NCBI GenBank assembly: GCA_043797085.1 | Contig: JAZDQA010000010.1 | Coordinates: 1-64,000 of the forward strand | Source: Pseudomonadota bacterium | Lineage (GTDB): Bacteria; Campylobacterota; Campylobacteria; Campylobacterales; Sulfurimonadaceae | Reading direction: 5' to 3' | Length of the DNA: 64,000 nucleotides | Part shown: positions 18,412 through 28,579 of the stretch, one piece after another | Layout: every line of letters begins with the position of its first letter | How positions within the stretch are numbered: the stretch's first letter is position 1 | Translations under genes and position numbers: made by a program | The notes under the pieces: model-generated | Seen by the model: only the letters and a program-made list of their open reading frames with translations | Told to the model about the DNA's origin: nothing | Databases searched by the model: none

Positions 18412-18802
18412 CAATGATTCCGAGATACAAGTGATAATATCCCAACGTCTCCTCATCGATTTTCTCTACGGTAGGAGCATATTTATACGGTTCTAAACGC
18501 TTAAAAAGATTTTGATATGCCCCAAAAGTCCGTTCATTGTCGTGGGCGAAAAAATAGCCCTCTTTACTAATGCTATAGGCACTTTTTTTGGGATTTTTCA
18601 GATCAATATTTTTCAATGCCTCATAATGAAACTGTCTTTGAGTCATTTTTTTGCTTTTTTTCCATTTTAAAAACCAAATCACACCGCTGGCACAAATAAC
18701 CAATATCACAACCATAAGTGCGCCAAACCAATAAATCGACGTATCGGGAACTTCAACGAGCGGCATAATATCGTGGAGAGGAATGTTTATCGACGCACTC
18801 AT
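18404..18802 (-). CDS. Bat-operon small membrane protein (DUF4381-like)
   Basis: PLHDI.P...PD...W followed by a TM; position after DUF58. Confidence 0.6.
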   Translation of the reverse strand: MSASINIPLHDIMPLVEVPDTSIYWFGALMVVILVICASGVIWFLKWKKSKKMTQRQFHYEALKNIDLKNPKKSAYSISKEGYFFAHDNERTFGAYQNLFKRLEPYKYAPTVEKIDEETLGYYHLYLGIIDV

Positions 18803-19632
18803 ACCCGTCCCTCAAATAACCGCCGGAGCACCACAGAAGCATTAGTATCGGTATAAAGTTTCACCGCTCGAATACCCGATAAACGAAAGCTTTCGAACAA
18901 TGCCACATCATGCTCGTGTACTTTTTGGGCGTATTTTTTTACGCTGTTAGCATTAAAATCTCCCTCTAACACCGCACCGCTCTCAGGATCACTCAACGCT
19001 GCAAACCCCATCGGTTCCGGTTTTTCTTCCAATCGATCCCGCACGACCACCGCGACCACCTCATGTTTTTTTGCCAACAATCGCAGTTGCGGAATATCAA
19101 AAAAATCCCCGATAAGGACAATCAGTGATTTACGCTGCAGCCGTTTATACAGTGTCTCAGCCATCGCGTTATAATCCGCTCGATGTCCTATAAGCTCTGC
19201 GTTCATTACCTTTTCCACACTTACCGCCACCGCAAACCGTTTTTTAGATCCGCGCACCTCATCCACTAAATCCTCACGAAAATTATAATGAGTGAACGTA
19301 TCCCCATTCCCAATCGCTGAGTAACCGACCAATGCTACCGCCTCTGCCACACTCTCGATTTTAAATCTATCCGCTCCAAAATGCAACGCTCCGCCCAACA
19401 TCGCCACGGTAACAACGTTCAGTTCACGCTCTTCCCGAAAAACTTTAACATAAGGACGTTGGAGTTTCGCCGTAACATTCCAATCAATATGGCGCGTATC
19501 ATCCCCGCTGATGTACTCACGCAGCTCGATAAAATCATACCCCTCACCACGAAACATCGAGGGGTTATTACCGATACGATCCCCCACGATTTGACGGCGG
19601 GCTCGGATGAGGATTTCTTTGGTATTTTTCAT
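18799..19632 (-). CDS. DUF58 domain protein
   Basis: GEGYDFIELREY..GDD.RHIDWNVTAK, VKVFREERE. Confidence 0.93.
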   Translation of the reverse strand: MKNTKEILIRARRQIVGDRIGNNPSMFRGEGYDFIELREYISGDDTRHIDWNVTAKLQRPYVKVFREERELNVVTVAMLGGALHFGADRFKIESVAEAVALVGYSAIGNGDTFTHYNFREDLVDEVRGSKKRFAVAVSVEKVMNAELIGHRADYNAMAETLYKRLQRKSLIVLIGDFFDIPQLRLLAKKHEVVAVVVRDRLEEKPEPMGFAALSDPESGAVLEGDFNANSVKKYAQKVHEHDVALFESFRLSGIRAVKLYTDTNASVVLRRLFEGRV

Positions 19633-19635
19633 CGG

Positions 19636-20583
19636 TTATGGTACTGGTACGGCTTTGACAATCTGCTCGATAAGCGTATCCACGTCGATATTTTCGGCTT
19701 CCGCTTCATACGATAAAACGATACGGTGACGCATAATATCTTTGAGGATGCTCATGATGTCGCTTGGGGTAACGAATTCCTTGCCATGTAAAAACGCCAC
19801 TGCCCGCGACGCTTTGAACAAATCGATGCTTACACGAGGACTTGCCCCAAACTGAATGTATTTTTTAATCTCACTCAATCCAAACTCTTCAGGATTACGA
19901 GTCGCTTGTACCAACGTAATCATATACCGCTCCACCTCTTCGTCGATATGGATACTACGAACTTTTTCTTTGAGCTGTTCTAGCATAGCCTTATCAATAA
20001 CCGCTTCTATCTCTTCGTGCGCAGAAGAAGCAACCCGACGAGCTATCGAAAGCTCTTCTTCCGTTGTGTTGTATCCCACACGCAGTTTCAACATAAAACG
20101 ATCCAGCTGTGCTTCTGGCAGAGGATAAACCCCCTCATTTTCGATCGGATTCTGCGTCGCCATAACGAGAAACGGCGGAGAAAGTTTAAAACTCTCATCC
20201 CCCAACGTCACCTGTCGTTCCTGCATCACTTCCAGCAATGCCGATTGCACTTTTGCTGGGGCGCGGTTGATCTCATCGGCGAGGAGGAGATTGGTAAAAA
20301 TCGGCCCTTTTTTGATCTTGAATCCGTTGTTTTTCGGATCGTAGACCTCAGCACCCAAAATGTCACTCGGAAGCAAATCGGGGGTAAATTGCACCCGTTT
20401 AAATCCGAGTCCCAACGATTGTGACAGAGCTTTTACCGTTGTCGTCTTCGCCAGTCCCGGAATCCCCTCGATCAGAATATGCCCATCACACAGCAATCCG
20501 ATCAACAACCCGTCGATCATTTTTTCCTGTCCGACGACAACTTTTGCGATTTCGGTGCGAATTGCGTTAATTGTTTGTATCAT
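19636..20583 (-). CDS. moxR: MoxR-family AAA+ ATPase
   Basis: GIPGLAKT, FTPDLLPSD, DEINRAPAKVQSALLE, LPEAQLDRF. Confidence 0.95.
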   Translation of the reverse strand: MIQTINAIRTEIAKVVVGQEKMIDGLLIGLLCDGHILIEGIPGLAKTTTVKALSQSLGLGFKRVQFTPDLLPSDILGAEVYDPKNNGFKIKKGPIFTNLLLADEINRAPAKVQSALLEVMQERQVTLGDESFKLSPPFLVMATQNPIENEGVYPLPEAQLDRFMLKLRVGYNTTEEELSIARRVASSAHEEIEAVIDKAMLEQLKEKVRSIHIDEEVERYMITLVQATRNPEEFGLSEIKKYIQFGASPRVSIDLFKASRAVAFLHGKEFVTPSDIMSILKDIMRHRIVLSYEAEAENIDVDTLIEQIVKAVPVP

Positions 20584-20641
20584 TTTTATACCTCATTTAT
20601 CTGTTGTGAGTTTACCTTGTTTCATTTTAGCTTTTCATATT

Positions 20642-21289
20642 TTAGTTACACCATTGTTTTTCACATGGGATTCCATCATTATTACCATCCATTTTTGTAT
20701 TCGGACAATTATTGAGAAAATAAGTGGCTTCCTCACATGATTTCATTTGTGAGCAATGCTTTCTGCCATCACATTGAAAACTATTCTTCTCATTTATTTG
20801 CGGTTTCACAGTTCTCTCAACTCGGTAGTTTTGAGTGTGATGTTGTTGGAAAGTACGTTTTAATTGAGCATCTATTTTAGATTGATCTTTATCCGATTCT
20901 TTTCTCTTTAAAACTCGTTCGTAATACTCTTTTCCATCATTGGGACGAAATGCTGTTCCACAATCATTGCTTAGTGGATCATAAAAAACGATTGTTCCCG
21001 TATTGTCATCCCAATAGACTTTACGATTACCTGGGATAATTTTAGGAGTCTTGGTTGCCATAATAGTGGTGACATGATTTTGAAACTCTTCAGGATTGCC
21101 AATTTTTAGAGTTTCTGGAATTTCTATATTTGCTATTCTCTTTTTTTCAGAAAACTCACTACCATGATTCGTCCATGCGTGTCCGTGTGCAATTTTATCC
21201 GCTATCTCTTCAGGCACATTTACAAGACATGCAGCATAAGAAGAGACTGTAAAAATGATAAATAATGCACTGTACAATATTTTGAACAT
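20642..21289 (-). CDS. Secreted protein with toxin-like nuclease domain and C-terminal Excalibur Ca-binding domain
   Basis: Signal peptide; GHAW..H..EF...YWDD.TGTIV..DP...D.GTAFRP..GK.YY; C-terminal CSQMKSCEEA..F...C....MDGNNDGIPCE. Confidence 0.7.
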   Translation of the reverse strand: MFKILYSALFIIFTVSSYAACLVNVPEEIADKIAHGHAWTNHGSEFSEKKRIANIEIPETLKIGNPEEFQNHVTTIMATKTPKIIPGNRKVYWDDNTGTIVFYDPLSNDCGTAFRPNDGKEYYERVLKRKESDKDQSKIDAQLKRTFQQHHTQNYRVERTVKPQINEKNSFQCDGRKHCSQMKSCEEATYFLNNCPNTKMDGNNDGIPCEKQWCN

Positions 21290-21309
21290 ACCAAAAATCC
21301 TTTTATCTT

Positions 21310-22422
21310 TTATCTTTTATTATCAAAACAAATTTTATCCAACCTCTTCTTCGCTTCTTTTAAATCCAGTGTTCCCGCTTCGAGTTCGGCGATAATCAAC
21401 TCATACTGTTTCTCCCCTGAGAGAGCAAGGATCATTACCAACTCTTTGGATGTCTTGGCCTCATCGTAAAACTGCTTTCTTTTTCTGCGAGGTCGCAGTT
21501 TCCACAGCCGCCGCACTGCTTCACCCAACGCAACCCCTGCAATCACTAAACCCGCATAAAAGGTATATCGCATCCAACGGCTCCAATCACGCAAGGCGGG
21601 AGGATCTAGGAGATTGGAGCGCTCAAATCCTTGTGCCACTTCGATCGCGACCGCCTCACTCTCTAGGCATTTGATTTTTTGGCTTTGGGTATCAAACACC
21701 TCGATAGAGATTTTCGGGATCACAAAACTTTGTTCACTCACGAGGGCGAACTCCTGACGTATCTCCCCCGAAAATCCAGCCGTATCGGGGGTGATGTCAC
21801 GTGTCGGCTCTTCGGCGAAAACATTGATACCGCTGATGTTTAGCTCATACGGGACGTATTGATCGAGATTCCCACGTCCACGGATATAGAGGCTCACATG
21901 CACCGGTTCGTGAGAAACCACACTTCGTTTATCGATTTTTACTTCCAAGATGAGCTCTCCGCTCAGTGCGGCTGAGTTGGCTTTGGCACGGATGAGGACT
22001 TTCGGCAGATGCGCTTTCTCATCATCGAAATCGTATTTTTTGACGTTATCCCGTCCGATGGAGGCATTCTCAATCGAGGCAAATGTCGTGTGGCGGATCA
22101 ATGCCTCCAAGGCTATCTCAATATTCCCCTCTTTTAAAGGAGTAATCAGCACATCAAACGTCTGTACCCGTTTCCCCTCTACGATCCGATCACGCTGGGT
22201 CAAGATTGAAGCACGATACTCTTCGGTACCTGAGGGTTTAAAGTCGATCGTATAATCCGCCGCACTGGTAGAGAAGGTACATTCATACCGCACTACACCG
22301 CTTTGCTGGACATAAAGACTTTGAGGTGCTTCGAGCATTTTCCACTGATAGGTTGCCCCCCATCCGCTTATGCTTAGAATCATCAGCGCGATGAGCTTAC
22401 CAAGGCTTCGTTTCATGGACAC
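21310..22422 (-). CDS. BatD-like protein
   Basis: Signal peptide, PLKEG and GRGNL BatD-like motifs, C-terminal TM; operon context. Confidence 0.7.
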   Translation of the reverse strand: MSMKRSLGKLIALMILSISGWGATYQWKMLEAPQSLYVQQSGVVRYECTFSTSAADYTIDFKPSGTEEYRASILTQRDRIVEGKRVQTFDVLITPLKEGNIEIALEALIRHTTFASIENASIGRDNVKKYDFDDEKAHLPKVLIRAKANSAALSGELILEVKIDKRSVVSHEPVHVSLYIRGRGNLDQYVPYELNISGINVFAEEPTRDITPDTAGFSGEIRQEFALVSEQSFVIPKISIEVFDTQSQKIKCLESEAVAIEVAQGFERSNLLDPPALRDWSRWMRYTFYAGLVIAGVALGEAVRRLWKLRPRRKRKQFYDEAKTSKELVMILALSGEKQYELIIAELEAGTLDLKEAKKRLDKICFDNKR

Positions 22423-23923
22423 TCCTTTGATTGATCAATTCATACTGTTTCGAGCTAAGAGCCGCTTTGCCTTGCGAGGTTGAGAAACGGGGATCTGCTT
22501 GCGCTTTTTTACCCGCATCTCCCGCACCGGAGGAGGCAATATCGCTTTGCATATTCGATCCTCCCCCCTCTTTGGTTTTCTTCCCCTCACCCGTGGGTTT
22601 GTTCTCATCCGAGGTGAATTGATCTTTTTTCTCTTTACGGACATTGAGCGATTTTTGCTCTTGCGCTAACGCTATGGCAAGGAGATTCTGATCGGCTTGG
22701 CGGCTATAGCGCAGTGTGAGTGATTTGAGCAGTGCTTGACGAGCATTTTCAAACTCGCTGAGGCGGATATGGCAGTTGCCTATATTGTAAAATATTTTGG
22801 ATTTGAAGATCGGATCATTGGATCGGATCGAGCGATAAATAGCTAAGGCTTCCTGATATTTTCCCATTTTATAGAGAGAAGAAGCTCGATTAAACCGTCC
22901 CCTCTCCGAATCGATCCGTCCATACCACTGAGCCGAGCGCTCATAATTGCCATGGGAATACTCATACTTCCCTAATGTTTGATAGGGATAATCCAGCACC
23001 CACGCATTGGCGCTGATTCCCACCAACGCGAGCAAAGGGATAAGAGCTTTGGTCACTTTCTCCCCCACACTCGTATAGGCGAGCACAAAAGCGATCAGGG
23101 CCAACGCCAGAGGAAAATAAAAGAGTTCGCTATAACGTGTTACGGTAGACTCTCCCGCGAAATCTTCACTCCGTTCACGTTCGATCCACTCTCTCACCGC
23201 GTCCGCATCGGCACCATCGATCACTTTCCCCCCGCTTTGTTCGGCGATTGTGTTAATCGCATCGTTGCGTGAACTTACGACGATATGCCCCTTTTCATCT
23301 TTGAGCGAGCCGTTCTCGGAAGGGAGGGTACTGCCGCGTGAAGTAGCAAGCATCACGATACATACTTTAAGACCATTTTCCTCCGCATATGCCGCCTCTT
23401 TTTCATACGAGAGTTCATCCCCTCCATCAGTAAAAAGGACGAGTAGCGGGTGAGCGGCATGGGACATTTTACGGGCAAGTTCCAACGCACTCATCACCTC
23501 TGTCCCTTTGGTGATAATCTGCGACTCATCAAGCGAGCCGAAAAGGTGATTCAAAAGCTCTGTATCTTTGGTCAACGGAGAGAGGATAATCGCGCTCGTC
23601 GTATGGGCGAGTACTCCAAACCTGTCATTTCTATCCTGAGCGATGATTGCGGATAACATCATTTTTGCCGCGTCCAACCGTGTGGGGGCGACATCGGTAG
23701 CACGCATCGAATACGATACATCGACGGCTAGAATCACATCACTCCCCGCTTCTTCGACACTGATCGGTTTTTCGCTAACTACTGGACGGGAGAGGGAGAG
23801 GATCAAAAAGAAAATACTCACCATCAGCCAAACCTGTGCATGCCACTCATAACGGCGTGCACCCCAGAGATAGAGAGGGAGGGTTATGATGGCAATAAGC
23901 CATAACGGCGAAAGCAAAATCAT
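22397..23923 (-). CDS. BatB/BatC-like VWA-TPR protein
   Basis: MIDAS DVSYSM..TDV.PTRL, FTDG, TPRs, charged tail ending KPW. Confidence 0.88.
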   Translation of the reverse strand: MILLSPLWLIAIITLPLYLWGARRYEWHAQVWLMVSIFFLILSLSRPVVSEKPISVEEAGSDVILAVDVSYSMRATDVAPTRLDAAKMMLSAIIAQDRNDRFGVLAHTTSAIILSPLTKDTELLNHLFGSLDESQIITKGTEVMSALELARKMSHAAHPLLVLFTDGGDELSYEKEAAYAEENGLKVCIVMLATSRGSTLPSENGSLKDEKGHIVVSSRNDAINTIAEQSGGKVIDGADADAVREWIERERSEDFAGESTVTRYSELFYFPLALALIAFVLAYTSVGEKVTKALIPLLALVGISANAWVLDYPYQTLGKYEYSHGNYERSAQWYGRIDSERGRFNRASSLYKMGKYQEALAIYRSIRSNDPIFKSKIFYNIGNCHIRLSEFENARQALLKSLTLRYSRQADQNLLAIALAQEQKSLNVRKEKKDQFTSDENKPTGEGKKTKEGGGSNMQSDIASSGAGDAGKKAQADPRFSTSQGKAALSSKQYELINQRSVHETKPW

Positions 23924-24831
23924 CCTTTGACCCTCCTTCTCCAAGCTAGCCACATTACGATAAGCAATGCTCCCGCTACAGCATACTGGTAATAGTGCTC
24001 TGCAAAGGTGTGTTGCGCGCTTTTGATACGGGAGCGTTCCAGAGTATCGATTTGATCGTACACCTCTTTCAGCTCTTTTTCATTGACCGCACTGAAATAC
24101 TCCCCTCTTCCATCACGTGCCATCTGCGAAAGCAGCTTGCTGTCAAACTCCCCTTTTTCGCCGATCCCGATGGTGTAGAGTTTTATCTTAGCTTTTTGCG
24201 CCATCGCTACCGCCTCTTTAGGAGAGATCGCACCGCTGTTGTGTTCTCCATCGGTGAGGAGGATAATCACTTTGGATTTGGCTTTGGAATCTTTGAGCGC
24301 TCTCACCGCTTGCGCTACCCCCTCGCCGATAGCGGTATTTTGCCCCGCCATACCGTGACTCAGATAACCGACCATCTCGGCTATGATCTCTTTCTCATAG
24401 GTCACAGGGGTCGCAATAAAGGCAAAATCCCCAAAAACCACCACCCCGACGTTATCTTCACGCCGTTTCATCACAAAATCGGAAGCGATCTTTTGGACGA
24501 TCTCAAATCGGGTGGCACGGCTCTCATCACTTGAAAACCCCGAAGCGTTCATTGACCCGCTAGCATCGAGGGAGAGGACGATATCGATCCCGTTACGGTT
24601 TCGCGGATCAGAAAAATCGATCACGACGGGGGTCGCCAACGCCCACACCATCAGTGTCACGGCAAGCGCTTTGAGCAGCCACTCCATATTGCGCCATTTT
24701 CCGGGATTGCCGAAAAATTGCAGATGAGGAAAATAGCGCTTTTGGGGGATGATTTTACACGCATGTAGGCAATAGAGTATGGGAGGGAGAGCTAAAAATG
24801 CCCACGCAAAATCAAATGACCAGATATTCAT
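23920..24831 (-). CDS. BatA-like VWA domain protein
   Basis: DASGSM, TAIGEG, LLTDGEHNSG. Confidence 0.9.
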   Translation of the reverse strand: MNIWSFDFAWAFLALPPILYCLHACKIIPQKRYFPHLQFFGNPGKWRNMEWLLKALAVTLMVWALATPVVIDFSDPRNRNGIDIVLSLDASGSMNASGFSSDESRATRFEIVQKIASDFVMKRREDNVGVVVFGDFAFIATPVTYEKEIIAEMVGYLSHGMAGQNTAIGEGVAQAVRALKDSKAKSKVIILLTDGEHNSGAISPKEAVAMAQKAKIKLYTIGIGEKGEFDSKLLSQMARDGRGEYFSAVNEKELKEVYDQIDTLERSRIKSAQHTFAEHYYQYAVAGALLIVMWLAWRRRVKG

Positions 24832-24935
24832 AGGGGGATTATACCAATTTGAGGATTAAGTTTATTGGGGCTTTTTCGTTATTTTTACACTCTTGATCTA
24901 TAATCCTTTATAATTTTACAAAAAAGGTCATAAAG

Positions 24936-25397
24936 ATGAAAAAACTATTCCTTCTCCTCGCTCTGTGCGGAGTACTATTCGCCGAAGAAGGGGTTAAAAA
25001 AGTGGTTTTCGATCTAACCAGCGGAAAACTCGAAGCGATTGAGAAAAAGGTATTAAGCGGTATCGCTTTTAATAAAACCCATTACGAAAATCAACTCGAA
25101 AAACTCGATGTTGCCGTCGTGATCCATGGGGATGCTTATAAATTTTTCATCAATGATTTAGCAAATTCACCCTATAAAAATGATTCCTCACTGAGAAAAG
25201 CCCACGATCAGCTCGGCAAACGGCTCTCCGCTATGGCGAAAAATTATGAGGTTGAATTTATCATGTGCGAGTCAGGGATGAAATCGCATAAAATCGATAA
25301 AAATACCCTCTATGATTTTGTGAAACTCACCCCGAGTTCTACTATCGGGCTGATCGATAAACAAAATGACCAATTTGCCTATGTGCCGATTCATTAA
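24936..25397 (+). CDS. Periplasmic DsrE-family protein
   Basis: Signal peptide, KVVFD, VVIHG, IMC, Q...FAYVP. Confidence 0.8.
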   Translation: MKKLFLLLALCGVLFAEEGVKKVVFDLTSGKLEAIEKKVLSGIAFNKTHYENQLEKLDVAVVIHGDAYKFFINDLANSPYKNDSSLRKAHDQLGKRLSAMAKNYEVEFIMCESGMKSHKIDKNTLYDFVKLTPSSTIGLIDKQNDQFAYVPIH

Positions 25398-25990
25398 CGA
25401 CACGTCACGTTTGCATCCAAAATCGCCTCTTCTTTTTTGGCATGGGCGCATTGCTCTTTCGTCATTATGACATTGGTAAATGTCGTTTCCCATAAAAGTG
25501 TATTTTTCAAGTTTGCGAAACGTAAATCATTACGGATAAATTTAGATCCCCCAATCTCAGAGCCTCTAAAATCGGTTTTGAAAAGAATTGCATCGGTAAA
25601 ATCTGCTTTCCAAACCTTTGCTCCGCGTATGTCGGCATAACTCAAATCACTTCTTTCGAGATGTGATCCTTTGAAATTTGCCCCCTTGCCACGAAGTCCA
25701 CGTAAATCAGAACGCCGAATGGATGCTTTCCAAAATACCGCCGCTTGCGCATTTGCTTTACTTAGATTGCAGTCGTTAAAATCTCCCATCTCAAATGTAC
25801 TTCCGCGCAGATTTGCACCGGAGAGATCACTTTTACTAAAATCTGCTCCGCTAAAATCCATTTTACTGAGATTTGCACCCCGCAAATCGCATCCGATACA
25901 CTCTTTCTCTCCCAACGCTTTTTTCAGATGCACCGCATCATACGCACTCAAAGAGGCTCCCATCAAAAGAGCTAACAATAGCGTTCTCAT
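25394..25990 (-). CDS. Secreted pentapeptide repeat protein
   Basis: CIGCDLRGANLS followed by A(D/N)LS-type repeats. Confidence 0.92.
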   Translation of the reverse strand: MRTLLLALLMGASLSAYDAVHLKKALGEKECIGCDLRGANLSKMDFSGADFSKSDLSGANLRGSTFEMGDFNDCNLSKANAQAAVFWKASIRRSDLRGLRGKGANFKGSHLERSDLSYADIRGAKVWKADFTDAILFKTDFRGSEIGGSKFIRNDLRFANLKNTLLWETTFTNVIMTKEQCAHAKKEEAILDANVTCR

Positions 25991-26379
25991 TTGATTCCTC
26001 GAATACGTTTCAATTCACTCAAAAAGAGAGGTGGTCGCTTACTTCCTACAATCGTCTCTTTTTTATTCCCCGATTTGTCGATAAAAAACATCGTCGGAAT
26101 CCCGAAAAAATCATACCCATCGGGAAGTTTGCTTTTATGGACATTTTTTTCGATAACCACAAAATTTTGACTTAAATACGGTTCCACGATTTTCTCATGA
26201 AATACTTTTCTCTTCATATACTCACATTCAGGACAACCATCAGTCGTATAAATCATCAACACCAGCTTATTTTCTTTACCCATCTTTTCAACCGCTTGCT
26301 GAAACTCTTTGTCACTTTGAATCGGTGCCGCATATAAAAGCGAACCAAAAACGACGAACAGAAAAAAGAACTTTTTCAT
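25987..26379 (-). CDS. Periplasmic thioredoxin-fold protein (SoxW-like)
   Basis: Signal peptide, CPEC, GIPT cis-Pro; SD GGAGG before ATG 26379. Confidence 0.82.
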   Translation of the reverse strand: MKKFFFLFVVFGSLLYAAPIQSDKEFQQAVEKMGKENKLVLMIYTTDGCPECEYMKRKVFHEKIVEPYLSQNFVVIEKNVHKSKLPDGYDFFGIPTMFFIDKSGNKKETIVGSKRPPLFLSELKRIRGIK

Positions 26380-26570
26380 TATTTTCCTCCATGATGCGTA
26401 ACAAAAATCAAACATCTAAATGTATATTGAGCTAATTATACCGATGTAGTTATCAAAATTTGCGGCGTAATGAAAGAAATAGAGTGCAGGGTTAGATCTC
26501 CATCATTTAAACATTTCAAAATTTAAACAATGATTTAAACAAATAAATTAGATTTAGAACTTTTTTTACG

Positions 26571-27251
26571 TTATATAATGATTTTATATCCGATCCCATT
26601 GTGATTAGAAACAATATCCGCATAGGTCTTTTTACGAATACCCCGAACCAATGTACGCAGGGCATCCATACTCATCATACCACCTTCCCATACGAGCATT
26701 TCTATAACATCATAGGGGACGATATTCTTCTTGTTTTTTAAAAGCAGTTCTATAAAAAGATGCTCTTTTTTGGTTAATTGGTTTGATGTTCCATCGGGAT
26801 TATTGATGACTTTATTGATTGGATCATAACTAAAACCATCATGAAGCTTGGTATACGTTATCGGATGAGAGTTAACGGTTTTTTTGATCGCTATTTGCAG
26901 GGCTTCGAGAAGTGAACTTTCTTTGCAGGGTTTTATCAGATATCGTGTAATATCGAGATTGATCGCTTCGAACAACGTTTCTTTGTCCGAATGATCGGTC
27001 GTAATAATGACCGGAGTCAGTATATCTTTCCCCCGAAGACAACGGATGAAATTCAAGCCGCTATTTTCAGGAAGCTCCAAATCAATCATAAGGATATCAA
27101 TCTCGTTCATACGAAATAATTCACATCCGTTTGTTGTGTCTGAAGCTTCAAGCACCTTCAATCCGTTGTCACGCATCAGAGATGAACCCCTGCGGCGAGT
27201 TTCAAGATCTTTTTCTATGTAAAGCACGGTTAGATTTTGAGTTGCGAACAT
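26571..27251 (-). CDS. OmpR-family response regulator (orphan, atypical receiver)
   Basis: IDLELP and YLIKP, winged helix (ALRTLV..IRKK, GIGYK); acidic pair changed to EK. Confidence 0.88.
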   Translation of the reverse strand: MFATQNLTVLYIEKDLETRRRGSSLMRDNGLKVLEASDTTNGCELFRMNEIDILMIDLELPENSGLNFIRCLRGKDILTPVIITTDHSDKETLFEAINLDITRYLIKPCKESSLLEALQIAIKKTVNSHPITYTKLHDGFSYDPINKVINNPDGTSNQLTKKEHLFIELLLKNKKNIVPYDVIEMLVWEGGMMSMDALRTLVRGIRKKTYADIVSNHNGIGYKIII

Positions 27252-27429
27252 TCTCTTCCCCTTAACTTAGGTAAAATATGACCATCTACTTTTTTACTTG
27301 AAAAAAATGGTAACAATAAATAATGAGAATATAATGTCAAAAATATAAAAATATCTTTCTGATACTTATGACATTATAAAAATTATTTTATGATTGTTTA
27401 CCGATGGGAGCTTATACTGTCATTATTAA

Positions 27430-28110
27430 TTATAAATCGATTTTATAACCAATTGCATTATTATTAATAATAATATCTTTATAAGTCTTTTTACGAATTG
27501 CTCGCACCAATGTCCGCAATGCATCAATACTCATGCTCGAGTTATGCCATACAATAGATTCAATGGTTTCATATGGAATAATTTTTCTCTTATTGTCCAA
27601 TAGCAGCTCAAGGAGACGATACTCTTTTTTCGACAATGAAATGACACTTCCATCCGGACGATTAATCGATTTATTAAATAGGTCATAGCTAAAGCCATGA
27701 TGCAGTTTTACAAAAGTTACGCCATGTACGCTTGATAGCCTTTTGGCTGTTATCGAAATTGCATCAAGCAACTCCCTCTCATCGAATGGTGGAATCAAAT
27801 AGCGGCTGATATCAAGATTGATAGCTTCGATCAGCATCTCTTTATCAGAACTGCGCGTACTAATAATGATGGGGATATCAATCCCCATTTGTCGAAGATG
27901 ACGAATAAAATCTAAGCCGTCTTCATCCGCAAGAGGAAAAGCAATAATCATCATATCGATTTTATGTGTCTGATTGAGATCATACGCTCGACTTGTATTA
28001 TTTGCCGTAAAAACACGCAACCCATTATTTCGTAAAAGTATCGCGTTGTTTTCTCTCGTTTGAACATCTGCATCGATGTATAAAAGAGTTAAATTTTGAG
28101 ATGTAAACAT
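27430..28110 (-). CDS. OmpR-family pseudo-receiver regulator, paralog of neighbour
   Basis: Same length and pattern as neighbour; phospho-Asp position reads A (MMIIAFPL) and KP reads PP. Confidence 0.85.
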   Translation of the reverse strand: MFTSQNLTLLYIDADVQTRENNAILLRNNGLRVFTANNTSRAYDLNQTHKIDMMIIAFPLADEDGLDFIRHLRQMGIDIPIIISTRSSDKEMLIEAINLDISRYLIPPFDERELLDAISITAKRLSSVHGVTFVKLHHGFSYDLFNKSINRPDGSVISLSKKEYRLLELLLDNKRKIIPYETIESIVWHNSSMSIDALRTLVRAIRKKTYKDIIINNNAIGYKIDL

Positions 28111-28197
28111 TTGTATTTAATCCATTCGCTATAAAGCATTTTTCCCTTTTTTCATTTTGGGCTAAAGAGATTTTCTAAGGTTAATTTTAGCAATTTA

Positions 28198-28256
28198 TAA
28201 TAATAATAAAATAATAATAAAATAATAATTAAATGAGAATTAAATGAGAATTAAAT
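28198..28256. repeat. AT-rich 11-bp tandem repeats
   Basis: About three ataataataaa units followed by about 2.5 aattaaatgag units. Confidence 0.6.
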
Positions 28257-28415
28257 AAGCACACTCTATTTTAAGCTGATTAATTTTCAAATTTTCTAAA
28301 TAGCTGACGTTATACACACATGTACATGATATCAGTAAATAACAAGAATATCAGCCTCTTTATGCCACGTTTTTGAAGAGAAAAAGAGACTTTTTAAATC
28401 TTTTACCTAAATGCA

Positions 28416-28444
28416 TTGACAAAAAAGGTTTAAACCGCTATAAT
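28416..28444 (+). promoter_or_regulatory. Sigma70 promoter of tRNA operon
   Basis: TTGACA, 17-nt spacer, TATAAT (perfect consensus). Confidence 0.85.
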
Positions 28445-28483
28445 TCCCGTCCACAAATTGTGCAAGCAATAATGTGCGTTCTT

Positions 28484-28559
28484 GTCCCGTTAGCTCAGCT
28501 GGTAGAGCATTTCACTTTTAATGAAGGGGTCGATGGTTCGAATCCATCACGGGACACCA
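28484..28559 (+). tRNA. tRNA-Lys(TTT)
   Basis: GTCCCGT/ACGGGAC acceptor stem, anticodon loop ctTTTaa, GGTTCGAATCC, CCA end; 76 nt. Confidence 0.96.
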
Positions 28560-28579
28560 TTTTTTTACAATTGTTCAGT

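Noticed and set aside
25394..25990. Pentapeptide protein as a Qnr-type resistance gene
   Set aside because: It has a signal peptide and a CxxC cap typical of exported pentapeptide proteins; nothing specific to Qnr.
27330..27378. TATAATGTCA/TGACATTATA inverted repeat
   Set aside because: 29-nt spacer in very AT-rich DNA; cannot be distinguished from chance.
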